Position numbers and translations under genes: made by a program. A stretch of DNA of 64,000 bases from a virus (Duplodnaviria > Caudoviricetes). Under the pieces are notes generated by a model. That model saw only the letters and a program-made list of their open reading frames with translations. It was not told the DNA's origin and searched no databases. Each line of letters starts with the position of its first letter. Within the stretch, counting starts at the first letter, position 1. The stretch spans positions 7,253 through 71,252 of the IMG/VR virus record IMGVR_UViG_3300036987_000202. One strand, 5' to 3'. This document shows positions 38,401-45,271 of the stretch, piece after piece.

Positions 38401-40556
38401 GCGTTTCCCTCATCGGAGAATGAGAACTTCTGTGCAAACTCCGAAATGGGGGAGATGGTAATATTTTTCGTTGTTTTCTTCTCGGGCAGTACCGACTCCA
38501 GGAGCGCTTTCTGGCGCTTGTAGGTGCCTGCGGGAATATTTTCCCGGTCCTTTTCAAGCTGATCCAGGCGTTCGTAGATGTTGCCCGATGCGTAGAGGCT
38601 GGCGTGATACACCTGACCGTCCATCATGCAGAACTGGTCGCTGGTCTGGAATTTCTTCGCTGCCTCGGGGGAGAGCTTCGCCATGTCTATATGGCCGTAG
38701 ATGTCGGTGGCGGCAAACACCTCGACCTCATGGGCTTCCATGCGGCGGTTGTACTTCTGGTTAAACTCCTCAAGGGAGTGAACTTCTTTTGTCCCGGCCT
38801 GGGGTTCATCCGTGCCGCCGCCCCCGCCTGTCTTTGCCTTGGGTTCCTTTTTAAAGAGCTTCTCTGCGTTCTTGTTGCCTTCCAGGGCAATGGAGATCGC
38901 CTCTTTCTGCTGCTCACTCAAGGGCTTGTTTCCCGCCGGTGCCGCGTCCACCTTCGTCAGGTCAATGCCCGCCATGACCTCATCGAAGGTCTTGCCCGCG
39001 GGCAGGCCCACATACTTCTCAGGCCCCCACTTCCCGGTCCTGGTGGTTTCCTCGCCCAGAACGTGCTCGGGGTGCTTGGCAAAGTAGCCGTCGGCGTAGA
39101 AGTCGTTGACATCTCCCTTTTCCTTTCGGATAATCAGGATGTCGGTGCCGATCCCGGTAGTGCCGAATGTGCCGTTGGGCAGGCGGTACGCCTCAACGAG
39201 CTTCCCCTTGGCGGCGAGCTTCTGCTTGACCTCGCTGTTGCTGTAATTGCGCATGAAGCCGGACGGCACGATAAAGGCCATGACCCCGCCGTCTTTCAGG
39301 GTATCCAGTCCGCGGTCCATGAAATACTCCTCGTACCGCTTGTGGTCCTTCCCCTCCCCGCGGCCTTTCCAGATGCCGGTGTACTCGCCGTAGGGTGGAT
39401 TCCCGATCACCAGGTCATATTTCTTCCCGGCGTACTGCTTCTGGATTGCCCCGTTCTTGGTAAAGAGTTCCTGGAAGGCCCCTTTCTTCACGGTGGCGTC
39501 GGGATTGAGTATCTTGGCGATCCTGGCGGATACGTCGTCGATCTCCACCATGTCGATCTTCATGTCCTGCCGGTCGGAGAGAAAACCGAAACGCCCGGTG
39601 CCCGCGCTCGGCTCCAGGACATCGAGGGATCTCTTTTCGCCCAGCCATTTGGATGCCAAGCCCCATATTTTCTGAATGACGGTTTTCGGGGTGTAAAACT
39701 CGTAGAGTGTGCCGTGGGTGGTGGCGTCGTCCTCACCGAGGCCCCCCGCTCCCTCGTACTGCCGGAGCAGGGCCTTGTCCTCCTCGGTCATCTGGTCGTC
39801 GGTCTTATTTTTCAGCAGCTCCAGGCATTGCTCACGGATCTGCTTTATTCGTGACTTGGTGAGGCGAACATCGCTTGCAGGTCGCTCTCCAGGAACGCCG
39901 CTTGGGAGTACAGATTCGCCTCCGTGACCTCCTGGTTGCTTTTCCGGCACATCTCCACCAGGGTGTTTATCAGCCTTTCCTCGCTGTACCGCCGGGTGAG
40001 CTGCGGGAAGTTCTCCGCGTCCAGTTGCAGGCTTATCTTGTCCATGCGACTCCTCCTTTTTCATGGCTCCATAGCTTCCATGGAGCCACTTCATTACAGT
40101 TAAATTAAACTTACTTTCCCCCGCGGTTTCAACCCCTTTTCCCCCGCCGCCGGTCTTTTTTCCCCCTCCACCCTGGGATCTGCCGGAGCTTCCCCCGGTG
40201 GGCTTGGACCTGGAAAAGAAAGCATCCCATTTTACCTTATTGTGAAAATATTCCAGGAAATGCGCGGCGAAAGTCTTGCCATCGACACCAGCATCGGGAT
40301 GGTCCTTGGAAAACGCTATGTGATCGTATGAAATATGGTCCTCGACCTGCTTGCGGGTTTTCACCTTGAAAATACCCATCAGGGACTCCCATAGGCCCGC
40401 GGCCTTTGGAAGAATTCGGACCCACTTGGTCTGCCTGCGGCCCTTGCTGTCGATGATCTGCTTGCGCGTAAGCTTCGACGTGTCGATCTTGGTCGGCCCC
40501 TGGGACTGTGCCTTGGTGAGATCGTCTTTTTTCTTTAACAGGTCTTTAAGATTCAT
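35463..40556 (-). CDS. DarB-like N6-adenine methyltransferase + SNF2-type helicase
   Basis: 1697 aa; EFYTP, VLEPSAGTG, GNPPY; LAYDVGVGKT, IDEAHNFKN, QVEGRVWRQGN. Confidence 0.85.
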   Translation of the reverse strand: MNLKDLLKKKDDLTKAQSQGPTKIDTSKLTRKQIIDSKGRRQTKWVRILPKAAGLWESLMGIFKVKTRKQVEDHISYDHIAFSKDHPDAGVDGKTFAAHFLEYFHNKVKWDAFFSRSKPTGGSSGRSQGGGGKKTGGGGKGVETAGESKFNLTVMKWLHGSYGAMKKEESHGQDKPATGRGELPAAHPAVQRGKADKHPGGDVPEKQPGGHGGESVLPSGVPGERPASDVRLTKSRIKQIREQCLELLKNKTDDQMTEEDKALLRQYEGAGGLGEDDATTHGTLYEFYTPKTVIQKIWGLASKWLGEKRSLDVLEPSAGTGRFGFLSDRQDMKIDMVEIDDVSARIAKILNPDATVKKGAFQELFTKNGAIQKQYAGKKYDLVIGNPPYGEYTGIWKGRGEGKDHKRYEEYFMDRGLDTLKDGGVMAFIVPSGFMRNYSNSEVKQKLAAKGKLVEAYRLPNGTFGTTGIGTDILIIRKEKGDVNDFYADGYFAKHPEHVLGEETTRTGKWGPEKYVGLPAGKTFDEVMAGIDLTKVDAAPAGNKPLSEQQKEAISIALEGNKNAEKLFKKEPKAKTGGGGGTDEPQAGTKEVHSLEEFNQKYNRRMEAHEVEVFAATDIYGHIDMAKLSPEAAKKFQTSDQFCMMDGQVYHASLYASGNIYERLDQLEKDRENIPAGTYKRQKALLESVLPEKKTTKNITISPISEFAQKFSFSDEGNATLINKFWEWCGVSRGNTNYQNFNGNVTQHDIPGVISWTDIVDYIKGDQVRANKVSSYLSGKAKEDQQDKNKAEAALKREKRREAAERLFKRFIETGLESEEQKKLEDHYNYTFNSNVSPDYTKIPVFVDGLSKSFKGKELSVKDIQLKGVAFLNTKGNGLLAYDVGVGKTLTGIMATVQQLQSGRCKKPMVVVPKATYKNWLKEIRDLVPDIKINELGNMGDAYTKKFKNADGTIDIPEGALNVMSYEGLENITFTDETIEGTLLADMMDSQKVADEDQSKESKREQQLQTERIKEILGKASGVRSEAFFMENLGFDHITIDEAHNFKNVFGRAKTPTQKTEKGDDKKGVNEFNDLQGGTSNRAAKMFGITQYIQSQNNGRNVFALTATPFTNSPIEIYNVLSLVARQKLKDLGIYNMHEFLAHFALLKSEWSVTTKGTIEKKSVMKEFKNLPALQNLIREYIDKVDGEEAGVVRPNKTIHIVELPQSAAQKQLIDAEQLRFASVSKDNPGAALVAINNMRQSTVSMDLVKRDPKFHENVDFSGDPISDSPKLNFSFGCVREIYSKRPDVGQVLYMPTGKNHFPEYIDYLVKAGIPKDAISIISADVSLDKREKIMEDFNNPDGKIKIVLGTESIQEGVNLNGNSAVMYNLLLGWNPSERHQVEGRVWRQGNLQENVHIVYPQIVDSVDSAMYQKHDEKSKRFGEVWKYKGDSLNVEAISAEDLKFSLIKDPEKRAKFAIDLEVEKIDNEKRELRIQIDVLNKHKDDHASAAQEIKEITGETIPYIEKSVANAKEGLEAAKAKLATMTKPAKGERDYSYERVEYEVQSAEGNVSHYKEKLKWAEYELKKEKAKIEKIEAKLQSLGNISLKTIPHEVERLERDVAALDVQAKKIHEDRPRYVEEARKQIQASQKEVPPVHETIKKEAESILASLKYKQIEKAFILQVGDKLIKAEIKRIPTRDESKYIRANGRLYKIVR
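39845..40045 (-). CDS. Candidate overprinted 66-aa gene nested in the DarB-like linker
   Basis: AAGGAGG six nt before ATG; amphipathic helical sequence in a different frame from the host ORF. Confidence 0.35.
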   Translation of the reverse strand: MDKISLQLDAENFPQLTRRYSEERLINTLVEMCRKSNQEVTEANLYSQAAFLESDLQAMFASPSHE

Positions 40557-40572
40557 GGTTTCCTCGGTGGTG

Positions 40573-42918
40573 TTATGCAGCTCTGGTGGTATCGCCGGAA
40601 CGTATCCAGGCGGTGAATTGCGCGACGCTCATGGGTTTAATTGATTTAAACCCCTTCCATTTAATCACCCGGGCCGCCTTCCCCAGTATCTCCTTTATAA
40701 CGCCCTTGGCCCTGGGACGAGTGGTGACGACCGGCTTCATGGTCCTGGTGTCGATACCGTGGGCGAGGTTCTCAGGGCCTTGTGGAGCCAGGCGTTCCGT
40801 CCTGACGCTGCGCTGGTCATCCAGGATGACATCGACAAAATAATTCTTCGCCATCCCCTTCTTGATGGCCTTCCCGTGTTTCTCCATATCCAGGCCTACG
40901 GCAAAAAGGCTCTGCGTGCCCATATCCAGGGCGAACTGCCGTGCGTATTTCAATCCCCTGGTGCCCGTGCCAAGGAAATATTCCCTCGGCACCTGGGCGA
41001 TTGCCCGCACCTTGTTTGCCACCCCAATGAAGGTGACATAGCTCTCCTGGTGGAGCGCATAGGCTTTCACCAGCTCGATCAGGTCAAAGGGACTGTGAAC
41101 GGTTTTCCCCAGCGCATCATGGGGTATCGAAGGGGTCAGGTAGCGGTCCGCCTCATCCTTGCCGGTGATTTCATGTTCTTTACTCAATATGACATTGCTT
41201 TTTTGGCGTATCTCACAGTATTTATTGTGGTTGATGATGACGTGTCCCTGGAAGCCAGGCACCTCGGTGTGGTAGTAGGCGGTGGTTTTCAAGTCATCCT
41301 TCGACGGCTTCACCTCTCCCGAAGGGTGGTTGTGGACAAAATACCACTTGGATGCCCCGCACGATTTCATGGTTTCCTTCATGAACTGCACGGTGCTGGT
41401 CATATTGCCGGGATCAACGAGGGTTGTCGCGGTCCCCGGGAGTCTGCACGACACCCCGGTATGGCCCACGATGGTATTCTGGTCATTGACGAAAAACACG
41501 CGCAGGGTTTCATACTGCGGGTTGCGGTACACCTGGGACAGATACGCCAGGTCGTTGGTGGACTTGACCGTCTGCCCCATCAGGGAGAGCCTGCCCTTTG
41601 TCTGCCATTCCTTTTTGTAGGCCATATTGATGCCGACACCCACCTCACGCGGCACCCGGTTTTCCAGGTAGTCGTCTTTCTTATCCTCACGGACATAGAC
41701 GGTTTGGGGATGGCCCTTGATGTTAATGATCTGCTTTTTATGGAGCCGGGCGAGGTCTTTGCGCCCGGGGATCGCCTTGGAAAGCGGCTGGTAGTATTGA
41801 TAGATTGCTTTTGCCAATGGGGTATTAACCAGGCCCCCCTCGACCGGCAGGACGGCCCCGGCGAGGATCCCCGCGGTCACCTTGACGAACTGCACGGCCC
41901 CCAGGGTTTTGAGGATTTCATGGTCCACCACGGCGGCGGGAAAAGCAGGGGTCCCGGGGTTTACCTTCACAGGAAACCTGGCCTTGATCATTCGGTTCGG
42001 CAGCCGGTAGCGTTTCCCATCCTCCATGGCGTCCACGAACGCCCGCAGGAGTGGTGCTGCCTTCTCCCAGGTTCTTCGCTGGGCTGCCTGCTCCTGGAGC
42101 CTGGAGATAATGCCGGTGATGATACGCATGCCCGCAGGATCCATCTGCTCCAGGAGCGTCAGATATCCGCGGTGCATCACCTGGCCCTTGGCGTACCACA
42201 TGTAGATCGTGGCGAAATATTCCTGGTCGGTTTTCCAGTGGGCCTCGGTCATGAACAGGGGCGAAATGGTATCCTTGGTGAGGGTAGCGTGGTGGTCTTT
42301 AATGGCATTGCGCTCGTCATTGGTGAGCCGATTGGACCAGAAGATGTGCCCGAGTTCGTGGAAAAACTCACTCACCGGGTCAGAGGGGTCATATATCACG
42401 ATTTCCGGCCCCACGGTCATGGACCGGATGACGTTTTTAATCTCATGCTGGGTGGGCTTGCGAAACGCCAGGATAACCGGGTGATTCGGCAGCCAGAAAC
42501 TCCCCAGGCGCAGGGGGCGTAGTACCCGCACGGCGGCATCCTGCGCTTCCCGGCACTCGGCGGGCCAGTTGTCCCGCTCCGGCGTGAAGATCACCAGGTC
42601 CTTCTCCTGGGATGCTCCCTTGATCTCCCCCTGGACCAGGACCGCCCGCCCCGACCAGGACTGCACCAGCTCCTCATCGGGCACTTCGCGCACCTGGCCC
42701 CGGGAGTCGGTGAGAATCATAGAATTGGGGTTTTCACCGATCACCAAGGCAGTCGCGTTTTTTTGCCCATAGTCAATAATAACGGGCTGCCCGTCCTGAA
42801 TCGCTTTTCGCAATTCCCGAATCGAATAGTGCCCGTAGGCAATCCGGTGATCCTTGAGCGCGTGCTGGATGTGATCGATACCTTGGCCGAGGCAGCGAAC
42901 GAGGGGTTTTAAATCCAT
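40573..42918 (-). CDS. Polyvalent protein: degenerate C39-like + zincin metallopeptidase + JAB/RadC-like domain
   Basis: 781 aa; FFHELGHIF (HExxH); YETLRVFFVN...VHNHPSGEVKPSKDD. Confidence 0.75.
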   Translation of the reverse strand: MDLKPLVRCLGQGIDHIQHALKDHRIAYGHYSIRELRKAIQDGQPVIIDYGQKNATALVIGENPNSMILTDSRGQVREVPDEELVQSWSGRAVLVQGEIKGASQEKDLVIFTPERDNWPAECREAQDAAVRVLRPLRLGSFWLPNHPVILAFRKPTQHEIKNVIRSMTVGPEIVIYDPSDPVSEFFHELGHIFWSNRLTNDERNAIKDHHATLTKDTISPLFMTEAHWKTDQEYFATIYMWYAKGQVMHRGYLTLLEQMDPAGMRIITGIISRLQEQAAQRRTWEKAAPLLRAFVDAMEDGKRYRLPNRMIKARFPVKVNPGTPAFPAAVVDHEILKTLGAVQFVKVTAGILAGAVLPVEGGLVNTPLAKAIYQYYQPLSKAIPGRKDLARLHKKQIINIKGHPQTVYVREDKKDDYLENRVPREVGVGINMAYKKEWQTKGRLSLMGQTVKSTNDLAYLSQVYRNPQYETLRVFFVNDQNTIVGHTGVSCRLPGTATTLVDPGNMTSTVQFMKETMKSCGASKWYFVHNHPSGEVKPSKDDLKTTAYYHTEVPGFQGHVIINHNKYCEIRQKSNVILSKEHEITGKDEADRYLTPSIPHDALGKTVHSPFDLIELVKAYALHQESYVTFIGVANKVRAIAQVPREYFLGTGTRGLKYARQFALDMGTQSLFAVGLDMEKHGKAIKKGMAKNYFVDVILDDQRSVRTERLAPQGPENLAHGIDTRTMKPVVTTRPRAKGVIKEILGKAARVIKWKGFKSIKPMSVAQFTAWIRSGDTTRAA

Positions 42919-43008
42919 GGAAAAATCAAACCACCAATATGATTTATCATACTGGTGGTATCATGGTGGCATACTGCGATTAAAAGTCAAGTAGGCATGT
43001 GGGTTTTT

Positions 43009-43260
43009 TCAGATAACCGAGTCAACCTCATGGATGATGGTGTATCCTTTCTTCTCTGCCTCATCGACCAGCTTCATGCCGCGTTCCTGGGCTACGGCAA
43101 ACCCTTCCTGGATGCTCACGGGTTCAGTCACATAGTTCTTACCCGTGGTGGGGCGTGTGTGCTCCAGGTAGGCCATTCCGTTCTCATAGCCCCGCATATG
43201 AACCTTTATTTTCTGCCCTTCAAAGTTTTGCAGTAGGATGGTGTGCTCTCTCTTGACCAT
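43009..43260 (-). CDS. Hypothetical protein
   Basis: Start MVKREH at 43260 with GGAGG RBS; TTGACA-17-TACTTT upstream (43282-43310). Confidence 0.55.
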   Translation of the reverse strand: MVKREHTILLQNFEGQKIKVHMRGYENGMAYLEHTRPTTGKNYVTEPVSIQEGFAVAQERGMKLVDEAEKKGYTIIHEVDSVI

Positions 43261-43342
43261 GGCGTCCTCCTCTATGGTCTTAAAGTATATTAAAGGTTTG
43301 CATGTGTCAACCGTTATTGATAAAAAAAGAGGATCCCGGGGA

Positions 43343-43573
43343 TTATCTGGCTTTAAACCGCCGGTCGTGGACCATGCCGTCATCCAGGTACTTAATAAAG
43401 CGCTCGGCGTCTTGGCGGCGTATGAGATAGAAATCATCGACGCGGCTGGCTTTCAGGGTGCCGTTTTTGATGGCCTTGAAAATGCGCTGCCGGGTAAGCG
43501 AGGTCATCTCACCCACCTGCCGCACCGACAGGTAATTGGGCAGCTCCTTTATGCTGGGATTGGTTATTTTCAT
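43343..43573 (-). CDS. Excisionase-like winged-HTH DNA-binding protein
   Basis: YLSVRQVGEMTSLTRQRIFKAIKNGTLKASRVDDFYLI; start MKITN at 43573. Confidence 0.7.
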   Translation of the reverse strand: MKITNPSIKELPNYLSVRQVGEMTSLTRQRIFKAIKNGTLKASRVDDFYLIRRQDAERFIKYLDDGMVHDRRFKAR

Positions 43574-43605
43574 ACGATAATTCTTCTCCCCTATCGCGTC
43601 ATGTG

Positions 43606-45105
43606 TCAACCATTATCCCCAAACAAGCTCTCGTAGTCCTTTTGGTTGGTGGCCACCGGGATCGGCAGGCTCCGGTCCCCCCGCCAGCGCTCCAGGGCCT
43701 CGGTAAACTCCTCGGGCTTTACCCCTATATAGGTCCGTCCCTGGGATGTCGCCAGGGGGCGGCCCTGGTCATCGGTGCCCTGGGCGGCGCTCTCCAGGTC
43801 CTCACGATAATACTCCGATGGTTTCCGGTAAACCCCGCGGCGCTCGTCATCCTCGATGCGCTCCCACCGGGCCTCGTTGCGTGCCTGGGTGTCGGCCATC
43901 TGCTGCTTGAACTCCTCGGGGATGTACTGCTCAAAATCCTTGACCCTTTTATAGCGGATCGCATGGGTTTTCTGGTCATACTCCTGGGCGTCGGGGTGTA
44001 TCCTTACCATGGTGGCGGTATTCCAGGGGTGCGCCGGGGTGCAGACCCGCCACTGTGCCTGGCGATACCCCACGTTGTTCTTTCCCTGCCAAATAGCAAT
44101 ATCCGTATGGGGATCCTCGATACCGCGGCTGGAAAGGCTGTCATCGGCCTCGTTCCCCACCTGGTCCAGGGGGATATGCCGCACCAGGGTGCCCTGATGG
44201 GTACGGCACCAGGGGCAGGTCCCGCGGCTGAACACATAGTAGATGGCCAGCTCCGGCGCGTTCATGCTCTGCCGGGCCTTGTCCTCGTTGGCGGCCATTT
44301 TTCCGGCTTCGTGAATGTATGCCAATTCCGTTACCGCCACCCGCTTCCAGTTGCGCAGGAGTGCCTGGGCGGTGTATTTCTTCATCTCGGGCACTTCATC
44401 CTTCATCCAGTAGAGGTCGCTGGCAAGCTGCTCGGGTGTTTTCCCCAGGCGATGCGCGTTGACAACCTGCTGTCGGATCGCTTCGCGGACCTCATCGTTG
44501 ACCCGCTGGACATACTGTGCGGCGTGATCATGCCCATAGACCATGGCCCGCTGGATGTCCCGATTGATGTGCAGACGCTCCTCGGCGGACCGGATGGAAT
44601 CGGGGATATACCCGGCGAAGGCATCCTGCTCCACCTGCTCCAGGGAGTGCTTCCCGTACTCGCTGACCTGTTTTTGCTGGGCCTCGGCTTCCCGGGCGGC
44701 CATGGCCAGGAGCACTCCCTTGACGGCCATCTCCTCGTTGAGGCCCTCGAGGTGGGGCCGCAGGTAGTCGAGGACCTGGCGTTCAAACTCCCGCCACTGG
44801 TCGCCCGTGAGTGGCTTTCCCTTGCGGTAGAGGTTCAAGCCGCGTACCTGGAAGGGGTGTATGCTGCGATCCCGGCCCACCATGCCCTTGAGCTTGTGGG
44901 CGATTTCCTTCATGCCGTCCAGGAATCCCTTGGTCAGGCGTTTCGGCGGTCTGGACGCCAGGCGGTCTGGATCCTGGACGCCGATATTCCGGCTCACGCC
45001 ATGACATATCTCCAGGACGAGCTGGGACACATAATAGGTGACCTCATCGGAGAGGTCAGAGAGATACTTGAGGTCGGATTCCTCGGGGGTGATAAAGACA
45101 TCCAT
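43606..45105 (-). CDS. Head morphogenesis protein (SPP1 gp7/Mu F-like)
   Basis: RNWKRVAVTEL, CPWC, PAHPWNTA motifs; start MDVFIT at 45105 with RBS. Confidence 0.75.
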   Translation of the reverse strand: MDVFITPEESDLKYLSDLSDEVTYYVSQLVLEICHGVSRNIGVQDPDRLASRPPKRLTKGFLDGMKEIAHKLKGMVGRDRSIHPFQVRGLNLYRKGKPLTGDQWREFERQVLDYLRPHLEGLNEEMAVKGVLLAMAAREAEAQQKQVSEYGKHSLEQVEQDAFAGYIPDSIRSAEERLHINRDIQRAMVYGHDHAAQYVQRVNDEVREAIRQQVVNAHRLGKTPEQLASDLYWMKDEVPEMKKYTAQALLRNWKRVAVTELAYIHEAGKMAANEDKARQSMNAPELAIYYVFSRGTCPWCRTHQGTLVRHIPLDQVGNEADDSLSSRGIEDPHTDIAIWQGKNNVGYRQAQWRVCTPAHPWNTATMVRIHPDAQEYDQKTHAIRYKRVKDFEQYIPEEFKQQMADTQARNEARWERIEDDERRGVYRKPSEYYREDLESAAQGTDDQGRPLATSQGRTYIGVKPEEFTEALERWRGDRSLPIPVATNQKDYESLFGDNG

Positions 45106-45141
45106 GGGTTTTCCCTTCCAATAATTGTTCTGTTTTTTAGG

Positions 45142-45170
45142 AATATATTGGGAAGAGTATTTATTGTCAA
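45142..45170 (-). promoter_or_regulatory. Sigma70-type promoter for the head-morphogenesis gene
   Basis: TTGACA-17 nt-TATATT on the minus strand. Confidence 0.6.
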
Positions 45171-45271
45171 GTGCCGCCACTCACCCGATCTACCATTGAA
45201 TTGTGCTTGATTTTTCTTTTATGAACTTCTATCAAAGATCAGTTATTATATACTTAAATGGGTGGTTCCGA

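Noticed and set aside
38604-45210. Long plus-strand ORFs (38604..39854, 40759..42522, 43603..45210) and similar ones such as 2268..3251
   Set aside because: They lie antisense to motif-bearing genes, lack motifs and RBSs, and are expected shadows of GC-rich codon usage.
45203-45271. ORF-track start of the Type ISP gene
   Set aside because: The 23-residue extension lies in the AT-rich divergent promoter region; MSFAKILEKYR at 45272 looks like the family start.
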